From NCBI GenBank assembly GCA_036172245.1, contig JAYWIR010000020.1, positions 1,116,001-1,180,000 on the forward strand: a stretch of 64,000 nucleotides of DNA, written 5' to 3'. Shown one piece after another: positions 11,901 through 26,600 of the stretch; position 1 is the stretch's first letter; each line of letters begins with the position of its first letter. The notes beneath the pieces were generated by a model. The model was not told where the DNA came from. It worked only from the letters and a program-made list of their open reading frames with translations, and did not search any database. This DNA comes from Raillietiella orientalis. Its lineage: Eukaryota. The position numbers and the translations under genes are program-made.

Positions 11901-14759
11901 TCGGCCAGCCAAGAGCGGCTGTCTGGCGCGAAGGAAAGTGACGAAAGCAGAGCACCTTGCTGACTCTCCTTTCGCCGAAATCTTCAAGCTCACCCAAAGA
12001 AGCTGCCAGTGGGAAGCGGGAAGCTGTTGTCAATGAGCAAGCCACCGCGTTTGCGCCTTTGGTCCACTTTCGTGACTCACGAAGGAAATTTCCTCCTTCT
12101 CAGTGATAGCATTTTCGTTTCGAACTTCCACCCAAAGGTTGTTCGAGACACTAGCGTCGCTCACCGTACAAAAACGCCTCTTCAGAAAGATTTGATTTGA
12201 AAATCCCTGATAGTTCGCAGTCAGATGGTTTGCCAACACCCCTTTGCAAAAGTAAAGTTGAGACACTTTCCAGACGGTGTGGGATTTATCCACCTACTCT
12301 AGCATTCCGATTTACGTTTCTTTTCTTTTCTTTTTCTTTAAATGGCTAATTAATTGTGGGTGAGCTGAAATGGAGCTCGTTGCCTGGGTTTGCTTCAGAG
12401 AACCTTGAGCATCTTTCCTCTTTCCTAGTTCACAACTGTAAGCAGGGGATTAGGATTTAATTCCCCTCCACAGATTCCTGCTGACACAAATGAACATGTG
12501 TGTGGGCGAAGGATGGTAGTCCATGATTGAAAATGCTGTCACACCCAGGGAGAACCGTCCTGCCGGTTATCTTGCTTCATATGTGGTTGGATTACTCGAT
12601 ACTTTATGTTGCTTCATATTTACATTCGATCGTATGTATTTATAGGTAACTCATCTGCGCGGCAAGAAACCTGCTTAGTTTGGTGGGCGACAAAGAGGAA
12701 GAAACACCAATTACCATTCTCTTCCTCTTGGACCTGTGCAATGAAAGAAACGTGACGGTGTCAACTGCCATAAGAGGTACACATGAGAATGTGAAACACT
12801 CTCGTGTGCACGTCTTACTTCTGCTACCTGAATACACACCGCCTACCTAAATATACACCGACATACGCACATGTAAGCATCAGAGGGATGGGAAGACATA
12901 TCGTCAAGTTAATTCAATTAACTTCACTTTATAGGCTGTGCGCATTTGACAGTGGTTATTAATGGCGTACAAAAAAACGATGACGTGATGATTGCAGTTA
13001 TAGCTGCATTATTCTAAGGAGAATGGAAATAGCGTTGAATGTGCTACCTAAATGAATGATCCGCCTAAAATGGCGCATGGAATACAAGTGGATCCAATTA
13101 ATGAAACATGGTCGGATGAGGAAAGAACACGAGACATGGCACACAGCAGAACGCTGTGATGGAGGGCACGTGTCAAACACACAAGCAATAGATATTTATA
13201 TTCGGAAGTCCTCCTTTGAGAGAGGTGTTCAGGACACGCGTTCGCTGTCTCTGGCGCAGCCCGACGAGCGCTTAATTCTGAAAGGGGATGCGACCAAGTT
13301 CAGCAGACGAATTCCGACTATCCGTTTGCTCCCACTGACTGATTTCACCTACCGGATGGAAGGCAATCCCTAAATATTGTGAAAGGTGAGACTCTATGAA
13401 AAGAATGAAAGAGTCCTCAAGCAATTTCTCAATCGTATGTGTCATGAAACGAAGTTTATGCCCCGCAAACTGTACTCGTGTGGTGCATGCATCTCACTGG
13501 CTATGGGGACCTCAGTTTATCCAACATAGTTTGCCAACAAGCAAACTACTCCTTTGATGACCCGAATGGAAAACACAAATATCAGAATGCGTAGCAGTGT
13601 TGCCACAGCAAAGCAAACCATTTGCTCTGTCGTAAAAGCTATTTAGCAACAGATAAAGATGAGCTAAGGTTTCCAAAGGACATCTTGCTCAGGAATTGTT
13701 TTACTTCAGTTATGAAGAACGGGCTGAATTAATTGCCACAGGTCGAGAAAACAATCCAAAGATCTCAAGACAGCTGCAAGACTGTGGCCGCACACGATAA
13801 TGCTGACAGAGTGAGCCTAAATAGAAAATCAGGAGATGTTCACAAAAGTTTGTTCCTGAGGGCTAGGTGGGTCTCGATCCTCGGTAATAAAGTCAATAAG
13901 TCACATCTCGAAGTTCATCTTGAATTGAAGCTCCTCGTATTTACGAGAGATAGCTGTATTCATCAATCAGCTTTTGCTCGCCTACCTACCGCTTGCTGTC
14001 TCACCATTAGATTCGATTTTGCCTTCTGGCACCACAGGTCGGAAAAGCATCCGATTACGTTCGCTTTTCTGTAAACTTTTTACCCACACAGACTCGGCTT
14101 AGCAGGATGAACCTTTTTTCACCGGGACCCATTCTGTGCTATCACTATTCATCGCGCCTTAACTTCAACGTTTGGACATCGACTCGTCCACCAAGTTGAG
14201 GCAAAGTCACAAAGTTACGAAAAGTAAAAAGTCAATTGTGCACAAAGTTAACTCGCTCTGTCCCTCAGTAAGCATCCTCAGTATGAGTTGCCCGCTGTCG
14301 CATAAGAAAAAAAAAAAAAAAAATTGGCGGAAGGTTCTAGGAGATGTGCATTCACTAGAAGGTGAATATGGCAGCATCAACAAATACTAGAAGATTCCAA
14401 AGGAACGGAGTTACATGAAACAGTAGCCGAACGAGAGTTCTTCGGCCTTTTCAAAGCAACGGAAAAAAACGCCTGAAGTGTTTTAAAAAAAACTTTGTTA
14501 ATAGCTTTTCGGATCGACATCCAGATGCCAGTTGAGGATATCTGGCCACGATTCACGATCCCCATTCGTTTATCTCCATGGAGAGTGAGCTGAAAGATAC
14601 ACAACATGGGCTACCGCAGATGAATTAAGCAAGAAAATCAGGAAAGCAGCACACGTTCTTGCTCCTCAACAGTGAGGATATCCTGCCGGTCAAGGTGCCC
14701 TGTGTGAGTCCCGAGAAATCCCTGCTTCTTATTACTACCTTCGGTCAAACACCCCCCTA

Positions 14760-14981
<222 letters not shown>

Positions 14982-17016
14982 CTATTTTAAGGAAAAGAAA
15001 GGACAATGCTCGAAAAGGAAAAAAAAAGTGCACGTTTGACATGAGATGTACATATTCAACGGCACACAAATTTTCGGTTTAAAAAACTTCCCCATTCCAT
15101 AGCACCAAAGGGATGTGACTGATCCCGGCGGCAGTGCATTGAAATAGGAATGTCGTTGTCCTAGGCAGGAATTTAAGTGGCAAAACTACCGTCAAGAGAG
15201 GCAAACTGAGAAGCATGTAAACAAAAAGAAAATATTATTGGGAGAATAACTTTCTTTTCTGAAACAAATGCCAGCGTTCCAGCCCATCTCCCGGTTAAAC
15301 CATTTGGACACACAAACGATCATCCACGAGCACATTAACTTCCCAAGTTCGCTTCCATCTACCCCGTTTAAGTACCCAAGGCAAGCGCTCACGGAGAGAA
15401 CTTCCCAAAATCAGCTTCAAAAGAGAAAACAGCTTCCCGTGCAAGAGTAGTGAACGGAAAGCATCAGCGCATCCGAGAAACGTGCCATATCTTTCATCTG
15501 GACCCCGTCGGCCGCATTACTCTTCACTGTGAAATATGCCGAACGTTAGGTTTGCGGGATGCACTCCGAGCAAAAGTACAGCGCGTGTGCGTTCAAAAAA
15601 GTCATTGAGACAAAGTTGTGTGGAATTTCCATTACCCATTCCAGCAGCAGCTCTGAGCCACTGTTAGGAAGAAAGAGCTTTTGTAGAGGTCCGAAGGAAT
15701 GACAACGAAAGTGGGAAAATCTGCCGACGCTGTTGGAGCTGCGCAAGAGCTGGCACCTGCACAAAGAATCCAGTGAGTCCTTAAGGCAGGCGCCATGGTG
15801 CTCTTGTCGAACTCCAAGGATGGTTCCTCGAATAAAAATCATCATTTTTTTCTTCTTCTGCACGGTGGATTCCGACATCTCCATTTGTTGCTTGTGCTGT
15901 GTTTTATTGGTAGAGGAACAGGATGTTGGAAGCATGGATGAGCAACCAGCTGCGAAACCTCAGCATGCAGCATAGCATCATTTGCGCCTCGCAAGTTTCC
16001 ATCACTCACGGAAGAACAGAAGCCAAACCCCTTATCGAGTCTTTTAGTTTGCCAGTGTAAAGGAAAACATATTCAACCTAGCGCGTTTCGGCAAGCTGGA
16101 GAAGGGCCACCTGTGGGTAAAGATGCAACCTTCTAAAAGTGAGACTCTAGCTGATGCTCTGTGTTTTCAGGATAACTCTTTGTCTTGTTTCAGAATTCGC
16201 ACAGAAATCCCAACTTACGCTGAATTGGTTATTTGAACCTATCGTCACCTAGCAACCACGAACTTTTCACGAGAATGAGAAGCAAGGAGTGAAGAATGAA
16301 TTTCTTGGAATGCTGATTCTTTCTCGAAAGAAAAGACGGCAGCGTGGATTTCTCGAAAAATCCAAGAGGAAAAGAAGGCTCACACTTTGCATCAATAGTA
16401 AACACCATCCTTGATTTCTGCTCGTTCTGTTTCAATAGGGACGGAGGGTGCCGTCTTGTCAATACTTAAATTCGAGATACTTATCATCCGATTGTCATTG
16501 CAATTTGAATGATCACTCAGGACGTTCCTGATCTGGCTGTAATTTTCATTCATTTCATTAGACAATGAGGTGTTTGATCTGATTAGCTTCAAAACACTGC
16601 CATCTTTGCTTTTAATATCTAAGGGTCGGATTAATGGAAGGTGGGAAATGAGGTGAATTCTCTTGTTAAAAAAGCGAAACCGTTGCTGAAGTTAACTGGG
16701 GAACTCACGTCTTCGTAGATGCCACTCAACGGAAGCCAAAAATCAGATACATGGTAAGAGGCATGAAAACCTTTACATGAATCTTGGTCAGGAGAATGCA
16801 TGCCAACTTAATCTTTTGGATGGAACGAAGCTCATAAGATAAAGACTAAAATCCCGTGTGCATGTCATGATGCTCAGCTATCGTGGAATTGCACTTCTAT
16901 CACTCTTCTTCGACCTCCGACCGAATCTCAAACGTTAGAGCTATGGAGCTGCAGGAGGGAAATGCCCCGGTCGGATGGGCACAGGACACGGAAATGGTAA
17001 GCATCCAGATTCCTTA

Positions 17017-17050
17017 GAGAGATAGACAGATGGCGATCTGTCCATCTCTC
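17017..17050. repeat. Inverted repeat, 14/15 bp stem, 4-nt loop
   Basis: gagagatagacagat-ggcg-atctgtccatctctc. Confidence 0.9.
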
Positions 17051-20000
17051 CAGTTCAGATCATTAACTGAAACCAGATCATCAGGTGGCGATCTGGTCTC
17101 AGAAAGGACTCCAATAATCTCATTGCACAATTTTGCACCTCAGTCGTGTAGTCAGTCTTAGATGCAGCGTATCCAGAGGGGCTGAACTCGGAGTCACACG
17201 TAAAAGTCGGACTTTTCCCTCTACATTGTTTTGAAAACAACACGCGAGTAACCAATCCAGCAATTCTTACAAGATGGCTGAGAGAAAATTTCCTGGAGCC
17301 TTTTATTATGATCGAGGTCCTCCACGTTTCTGGTCCTAGATTTGTGTTCCGAAAACTGCCTTCCTCCCATTTTCGTTTTATTTTTAGCCATGTCTTTGTG
17401 TTCTCACATGCAAAAATTCCTCCTTCTTTTACGAGGCGATTTTTCTTCTTACAAACTCTGACCTGCACTAAGCTACTTGATGAGAAATTTTATTTTCCAG
17501 CACTTTTAATGCTACTCTTTCTCCTTCTTTAATCTGAGTTAGGGTCTGTTAATCTCATGATTTAAAGTTCTTCCATCTGCAAAGCTGCGTAAGAATTGCC
17601 GAAATGCAAGAAGCTTAGGTTGTTGCGAGATAATCCGTAAAAATGAGCTTCACGAGGGTTTTTAAAGGTAATTGATAGTTTTTTATTTTTTTATTTTTAA
17701 ATGAGCGCTCAATTAGGAAATTCAAGCACAGCAATGGACTAATCTTAATCTCCCTTAGTACTAGGAGATTGCGCTTTGGTTGCATTTCTAAGAAGAATTC
17801 TAAAAATAGACCATAAGCATAACTTTCCTGAATAACAAGAACGAAAAGAACTTTCAGACACTGATCAGCTAGCTGTGCGAGTACCAGCACGAGAGAAATC
17901 TTTTGTTCTCGTGCTCTTCCAGCCACATTGTTTCCGTTCCATGGTGATGATGCTGGAGTCAGCTTGGTCTGAGTTCACCTCAGATAGGCTGTTGATACAT
18001 CATATCTCACAGTGCTGGTAATGACTGCAAGGAAATGAAAAGGAGCTCAAGGAAATAAGCGTGCTTCCATGAAGGAACGAACATAGGACAGCTGCCTAAA
18101 CACTGAGATCAGATTCGTACTTTTCATCTTTGGCTCTAGAAACTGATTTAATCGATAAAATTGTACCCAAGCGTACAGGTGGTAAATTCTGATGCAGGTT
18201 TTCCTCTGCTGAGGCAGCAGATTAGTAAACAGTCCTCCCCCCTTTTCCCCCTTCCCCCCACCAAAAAAAAGTAGCAGCATTTTGTGCTTCCCGGTTTGCT
18301 CATTTACTTTACTTTGCTTTTACTAAAAGATCATCGAATAAATCGTTATGATATTCTGCCCATAAATGCGGTACGTTTTCAATATTTTTATGAGGTCTAA
18401 GCGTTTTTTTCCTGTCTCTGCAACAAAAAAGGCAACATTTGAATCCGAGTGAGTGATGCATACGGATAAGAACTCAATTCAATTTATATTTCGATCGCAT
18501 TCGTTTTTGAGAATCGAATTCAGGTCAATGAGTTTCAACCTCTTTTTTGGTGTTGCCATTCATGACTGCTTTTGCATCTTCCCATTTCTGCGGGTGTTCT
18601 TTACTTGGGGGGAGTATTGATTACCGTCTAGCCTTTCGAATTATTTATTTTTTTCCGCTCACCGTCTGCTGTTTTAATTTTTCTCTATCTATCATTTGAC
18701 ACTGAAAGAATCTACTAATGATGAAACGACTTATTAGCAGGCTCTACTTTTGTTCTAAGGAATCTGAATCTTCGTGAGCGAAGGGGTCGACCCCAAATAT
18801 CAGCACAGTAAACTGATAACCTGGGTATTTCTTCATCCTACAATTTTCCTTCCTAGTTGTCGGTTTGGTTAGACGAACAACTCGGCTTCAAAATCACGAG
18901 ATTTCTGCAGGAATCGTAAACGTGGTAAAAAAAAAAAAAAAAACTCAACTAGCGTTTTGTTTTCCTGAGAACCGAAGTCGGATTTTTTGTTTGCTAAGAG
19001 CTGGACCACGCAGAACTGTTCTAGAAATCGGTGCAAACGATGTTTTCGTTAGATGCAGATCCGTGTGGACCATTCTCCTATCAGACTGCTGGAGATGGGA
19101 ATAAAGCACTCCAGCACCTCCAAGCCATCTGAAGCTGCAGAGGAGATGCCAGAGTTTCATCAGTCTGAGAGCTCCAAATGAAATAAAGAAGGAAATCCTC
19201 CTCTGATTTTCGTGGTCGTGAACCGAAAGCGTTAGAGCATCGCGGTCGCCGCTTCCGGTTGTTCGCGCAATTTCTCGAAGAGAAACACGAAACCCGGATG
19301 CCCGTGCGATTTTGGATGCAACCATGTTTTTATGTACATCCCAAAGACAAAATGGAGATGTTACCGGACAACATTGCGTGTTGATTCAATTCGTCTCAGA
19401 GAAGAAAACAATAAAGCAATCGTTCCTTGAGGCACTGTAAGAGCAACGGGTTGCCGGAGTCTGCTGGACGAAAAACGCGTGTCACTGCATAAGAACTGAG
19501 CGTATGTATGGCTCTTCTCGAGGAATCATCAGTAAATGAGTTTAGCTTGATCATGGGATTCTGCGACGGTTCCATGAGAGATTCTTACGGTGATTTAGCC
19601 TTGTGAGCGGAACACATGCGAATTCCAAAGCATGGAGCCGAACTCTCTAGTGTGCGTAATTACAGAGCGAAAGGTGATGTGAGCATCAACATGTTTTTTT
19701 TCTTCTTTTTTCTTTAAAAAAAAAAGCTAATACACGTAAAGGGAGAAACGTTCAACAACGTAAGAATACCATCACTGATACTAAAAATAGATTCTCGGTG
19801 AGTTTTCAACTTTCTATCGGAAGCTCAAAGGAATTTTTACCTATCAGCGACTCGATTCCTTTTGAAGACGTCAAGCACCCGCAGAAGTGAACATTCCGAA
19901 TTTTTCTATTTTTCAATTGATTTACTGAGCGATCTCAAGACTGATCATTGTGTTCTTGAAGTAGTTTTACTCCTCCAATCCCTTGCTTGCGAAGATACGG

Positions 20001-23000
20001 GAAGAACCCAGCATTTGTTCCCTTTACATTTTTCTTGCTTCCATTTGCATCACAAGAACCGAAGCATGAATCCGGATCTAATTTAGATGTTGATTCATGG
20101 ATTCTGCAAAAGCTCAAAACTGACTGTTGCCGGCAAGCAGTTTCGTGCCACTGCAACAGGCAGCAGCGATTCGAGATAAATCCGCACACTGGTTGTTTTT
20201 CGAGCGCTTTCAGCATTCCAGTTTGAGAAGGAAGCAAAAAAAGAGAGAGAGAAAAAAAAAAACAGCTTCGCAAGGGACATAAACTCCATGTATTTGAAAT
20301 ATCTCTGCATTTTCAATGTATCATTATCGCGAACACTGCCTGTCCTATTCAAAAAGAAAGTCAAGAAACAAATCCTCAAGCGAAATGAATTCTGAGCTTC
20401 CGATTAATAGCTTTCAAGAAAATAATAGAAGTCTAGCATTTCCAAATTGAAGATTCCACCTCTCAATGCATAAAGGATGTACGCATGTCTGCACACGCAT
20501 AATTCATCAAGTTTAGGTACTTATTACACTTCCAAGAAGCTTTTCATTGGCTGTCGAATCCACATGAAATGAATCCTGCTATGTAACGGGCGGAGAATAA
20601 AGTTCATCAGCAGTAGCGGATCTGCCCAACTTTTGAAATGCCCCCCTTGCCCTTCAAGAATAGGGCCCGAAGCATTCCTTTTCGTTTATAAACTCAAACT
20701 CGGATATGCATTTTCTAGTCGCAGTCCCATCCCTTCCCTCTGTCCCTTGGAAGAGGCTGGGAAGAAAATTCCGGGTGCGATGCTGAACCGAGTTTCCACC
20801 GCTACCTATTTTCCTACTGCCTGCTCGCCCCGTAGGGAAGCAGGTAGTTCGTTCTCGTTTTCGAAGCGACGTTTGTGAGAAATTAGTTAAGCGAATCAGT
20901 TTCCCAGGTGACAGCACTATGAAGTCAAAGGTTTTTCCACAAAAGGGAGAAACGCAATCTGAGCAAATAAATCATTTGGCACACATCCTTCCATCGAGGA
21001 ATTGGTCCATTAGAATACGAAGCTCCGGATTGGCGAATGGGTTCGGAAGCAGAAAATTGATAAATGACCAGCAAAGGCATCAACACGGAGCTCACTTCCG
21101 GCATGATACGATGACTTAGTGGTTGCATCAACGTGGCTCCGATTTAGCAGACGCAGGAGGAGCAAAATTATTTCCCAAACAAGCTTTAAACTAAGAGGGA
21201 CAATAAACCTTTCAGGAGTGCTCCACAGCCGTTGATGTTTCCAGCTAAGAGCTCGAGTACTGAAAGGGCATTGTGCAGCTTATTACGATGTCAACGGGAA
21301 ACTTTAATAAGGGATGTATAATAAGGTATGCAAATGGATAAGCTGGAGAGTGGATTGGATTTTAAGATATTCCCGTTTTCTGCGGGAAACCTTGGGGATG
21401 GGGAGCTCCTCCTCTGCTTTGGAAAGCAAAAATGTTTTACAAAAAGGAAAACGCTTGTCGTCGATCACGACAAACGCAGTTTTTTTATTTAGTTTTTTTT
21501 TTTTTTTTTTAGAAAAAAAGGCATTCCTAGGGAATGGTGGAATCAACTGCCGCTATTAATGGAAGCGATCAGTAAGCAGACGTTATTTTTCCACAGCACT
21601 TGCATGTTGCACTGCCAAAGGTCTCTCTCTCCGTGAGTCTCGAAAGCTGCGGAAAAGATGCTGCATTGCGATCTATCGTAGTGGATTATCGTTTCTATTA
21701 CGGTTCTCTTCAGATCGGTATAAAAGCAAAAAAAGAAAAAATGATCTCCGAAAATTCAAAGGATTCATTGCCTTGTGATCTGAATTATTTGGTCGAATCT
21801 AATATCTGGGTGTGCTTGAAAATTAGATTAGTGCCAGCGGTGTTACGCACAAATACGTTCACATTTATCATTTGAACTCGCAATGTCTTGTTGACTCACG
21901 GAGGGATCATCCTTTAGGTTGCGATGGTACAGAAGAACTCGTGGTGATTCGACGAAGTATCAGGGAGCCAAAAGAAAAGAATCAAAATTGGTCTGGAAGA
22001 AGTTCAGCTGCCGTTCATTCAAATAAGGGAGGTGCGCGTGCGCATGTCAACTCGGTTGCCAACACGCTCACTTATCACTATGGTAATGAAGAATCTTGAT
22101 TAGCAGATTCGACTTATTCATAACTTATATATATACGTATATTTTTTCATTTCTATTTGTGTGTGACGCTTAAAAGAACTCGCGAATTCTGAAGGATCTC
22201 GTGCGAAATTTCAAGATGACTTCATGATACCTTAGCAGGCTCCTGTGGCTTTAACGACGGGATTTTCCCATAAAACTACTACCTGAAAAGCTACGTGGAC
22301 TTCCCTTCAAATTCACGTGGACGGAAACTGCTTTGATCGGTGCCTGAACTGAGGAAATCCGTGCCCGAATCCCCTTTTTGCTTAGAAATCTTCTCTGCGA
22401 TGGAATGCACTCTTCCCCTTCTTTATGATTTGGGTTAGAGAATCCCGGATTTCCATCCACCTATCGCTTTGCCTTCTCACTTATTCTTTTACACTTGCCC
22501 GTTCACTGGCTCGGTTTGCGCATACACACCCCTCATCACTTGCATCCAGCTCGAGATGCTTTTGCTTCTGATCGCCATATCTTAAAATGTAGAGAAAGGC
22601 TTAACATTTGCATCGATTATTCTGCAAAGAAAAACGACTCCAAGTACGCCGAGAGCTGCATTTTGATGCTCGAACGTGTCTCATCGAATCATTTCCGAGT
22701 ATGCTTGATCATAAAGATTCCTAATGACTTTATAGTATGCAACTGTATGTGTAAGTAATCGCATGTGTGAGCTCTATTCGCAGGCATGATTTTACGCCCA
22801 GGATTCGAAATTACACGAACACGAGCGAGGTATCTCTCGAAATTTCCAGATGGTGTGGTGCTTTTGGTCATTACACAATCTATAAAACTGTGATAACTCA
22901 GGTTTTGCATAAATCTGCATTTTTACAGCTAGGGGAGATAATTCAAGATGGAACCGAATTTCCATTTGCTATGATAATTAGACTGCGACAAAGCGGGAAT

Positions 23001-23649
23001 GTTACCTATGACGAAATTTGCTTCAGGGAGTGTGGAAGTCCATAAATCTCCTCAATTTCGTTTCTACGTAGTTTCTGCTTAAAAATTGTTCCTTCGTCGA
23101 GATCACGTGTACCGATATCCCATCATCCCCTTGGTTTTGCGTCCGATCTTACGAATTGGGCATCAGAGATTAATTTTTCATTTGGGCAGTTCACGGGCTT
23201 TGCCATCTCGTCATGAAGAATTCTCTTCAGGCATCTGTTTAAACAGATATCAGCCCCGATCAAATAGAATCTTCATCCGTGACCGCGGAAAGCCAAACAG
23301 AAGCTAAGCAACGATGGTCCAGATGAATAAAATGACTTTAGAATGCGGGTCCAAGGAACACCGACTGACCAATCGACTACTGCAGAAAAAAGAACAGACG
23401 AAGCATCAAGCTCATGACCTCGTGGGATTGTGAAAAAAAAAATCAGTTCTCGGTCACACAAATATTCCTGTTTATAGATAGAAGATAGAAGTATCCTCTG
23501 GATGCACGCCTAAAAGCGATCTTGGAAGGAACTGCTCATGTAATGCATTCAGGAGTGAATGCTCAGAAGAGTGATCCTGGATTGGACTATCCGACCACCA
23601 TCAGAGTCTGTCTTAAGATTTCTTAGAAAACCTTAGAGTCGTGCCCTTT

Positions 23650-26600
23650 GAGAAGTAGTTCAAAGAAAAAAATTTCTCTGAAGTGTTCCTCAACAGCACC
23701 CTCCTGGTTTCGTACTGCAATTTGAGACACCGGACCACCGCCACGTTCCAGAATACCTCGCAAGTCGTAGTCACTCATAATCCCAACTATGTGGTCCAGT
23801 GAACGAACGCTGAAGCCAATCAGCTGAATTTCTGAATCACGGAGCGCTTTTTCTCGCTACTTATGAGCGTAGAGCGTCAATCATGTCATGAATAGCAAGT
23901 CTAAAATGGGACAGAACTTACGTCATTGGCTACTCAAGGCTTCCACCAATGGAGTGAAAATCAAGGAAGACGGACATTTTTTTTATCCAGCTGGTTTCTT
24001 GGATAAGGTGGAAATATAAGGCGAGAGAGGCTTAACGCCGGACTACCTTGGGTCTTAACGTCAAAGCCAGACTCCAGGTGGTCTGGTTCCAAGTAGTCAC
24101 CCAGTGGAAACACCGATGTGCGTATTGATTCCCTTAGGGTGTGTGCATGCGTACGGGGGAGGGTATTTCATTTTTCCTCCCCATCACCTCATGTACCGAT
24201 CAACTAGATTTGAGAAGCACTGTAACAACTTCGGGAAAGCATGTTACCCTCGATTCCCGAATAACGCGGCAGAAAGCCATGAAACGCATGATCCTCGTCT
24301 CAACGCAAATGCAAAGGCTTGGCTTACAGATCCGCTGATTCGATTACGAAGACCTTTACGAAACGGTTAGACGATGAAAGGGTAACCTTTTGCCATGTCT
24401 GGATCAACCCTTGTCTTCAGTATTCGTGTGGCAGATGCCTGCCTTTTGAGCGGCATCCTAGAAACGATAGGATCTACCTTGGAAACCAACTATCGGCCAT
24501 GGATATAACTTTAGGATATCTCCAGCACCAAAAGATAGAGAAAGGGAGGGTGGATGCCCACGGTCCGGCCATCCAAAGCATATTGCACACTACGCAGCAA
24601 AGCAGCGGTCTTTTCTCTAAATATTCGCGTTCCTCGAAAAAAGTCCTCGATCCCTTTGATGTGCCTAATTCATAACCGCAGCAAGATGGAAGCATCCCTT
24701 CGATCGACAGCTTCTCAATCTTGAGCTTTTCGGAAGGTTTCGTTTCATCCAAACGAAAAAAAAGCGCAAGAGTTGCTCCAAACAGAGATTTTGCGTGAAG
24801 CCTTCATAGAGAAAAAAAAAAAAAAGTACTGTCAGTATCGATTTTAAAAGTATCGATTTAACGGGAGCAGTTTTCATTCCAGGATGTTTTACCTTTGACC
24901 TCCACGCAGCGTTCGCCGCTTACGCCTACGCTGACACTTCGGCATTGCAGCTTTCGAGAGGAAACGATCTCTTTGAAAGGAATTTTCAACGTTCGTAGCG
25001 CCGACGAATTGCGAGATCCTGACCCCGTCCACTAACCAGGAACAGCAGATCAGTACACTCAGGCGGCACAGACATTCGGTCACTTCCTCGATGGGGGATG
25101 TAATTCCTCCATCTTTGGGGGTCGTCGTTTGTCTTTTCCCCTTTCGCAACTTGAATCAGGCTCGAAATAATCCCTGATGTTCCACCACCGATTTTAGACC
25201 ACCGCCAACTGGTTGTGTGCCGACAGTCCGACGTTCATTGTATCCGAAGCTGCTGAGAACGACCATCCTGCGAACTTGCGACTGTGAGATACTGTGGTTG
25301 ACCACCATCTCAGTGACGGACGCTCTTTCCATTAGCGGGTCACAAGATATTGGAAGTAAATGCCTTTTCATGTCAAATATTTCATATCCTTGATATCTGT
25401 TTCCCCACTTCCCCTTTTTCAGGTGCCGCAAGCCATTATTCCAGGAATATCCTTCCATTCGGATCCTCAGGAATTTTATTCCTGCTTGGGAATCAAAAGC
25501 ATCCTTGTTAGGCGGTTCCTCTGATTACGTGGCTATCAAATTCGAAAACTGCGCTTTCTTTGGTGCTCCTACTAGAAGACTCGCCCGATAAGTTCACGAT
25601 GAAGATGAGGTCTGCTGACAAGAATTCTGTTGTGCCATAGCATTCTATCCATCGCCGCTTCCTTATTGTTATTCTCTCAGCCACATCCCACTGCACTTCA
25701 CCGCAGATCACATATACCGCCAGTGCTAAAATGGTAGATGTCTGTTTGGAAAGCATGCCGTGCTGCCTTCTAGAGTCTGCAAATAATGACTACTCAGTGA
25801 TTACTTGCCGTGACATTTTCTTGAGTAGATAAATGACCTCAGAAACCATGAACGAGGATCGCTTTCTCCCACTTCCGGTTCCGAGTTTCATCCAGAGTCT
25901 AGCTTGTGCAAGTGCAAGTTTTTGGAGCTTGGTTACTTGGCTCCACGAAATTGGGCTTTCATTTACTGTCTCTGAGGCCATCGGATGTTGAGCTCCAGCA
26001 GCCCTGCAGCTCTTTATCCTAAAACTCTAAAACAGTCCACAGAAACTCTCGGATGCTCAATCGAAGCGTGACTCCTTTTCAGGAATAGAGCCTCTTCTTC
26101 AGTGGCATCTGACTTGGGAAAAAACGTTTGTGGATCTTTTTTGCCATGAGCGTAGATTGGAATCGGCAAGCATGGCGCATCGTGAGGATCCGATTTTTTT
26201 CCTTTTTCTGCCAGACGGCAAAAGTCGAAAGAGCCTGGGAGAATCCTACAGCAAGACCTGCAAGTGACCTGCAAGTTTTGTTTCCTCCTCATCCTTTCTT
26301 TTCCATCTACGAAACAGGAACCCCCTTATTCCTGCTCTGAGAAGCCACTTGCGATGATGAAAAGCAAAGAAAATGAATCTCCAAGCGATGCGTGGAAGCC
26401 TATTCTTCGGCGAGACGACATTCGCGGCGTCATTAGGGGGCGAACGGATTGTAGCCATTAACCAAACCTTCCTCACCTCTGATGTTTTGGTTGCTTCATA
26501 AGAGTTTGCCGCATACCCGTTACCGACCTCGTTTCGTTCATGTGAAGCTGCAGATCAGTTCGTCCTGTGCTCCAAGCGAAGCGAGAGTAACTGGTCAGGC

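Noticed and set aside
11730..12045. Overlapping minus-strand ORFs as a possible alternative Shal exon
   Set aside because: No Kv4-like sequence or convincing splice context.
12715..12733. Candidate Shal micro-exon (cattgcacag|GTCCAAGAGGAAGAGAATG|gtaatt, minus strand)
   Set aside because: 19 nt would break the frame between two phase-0 exons, and there is no homology support.
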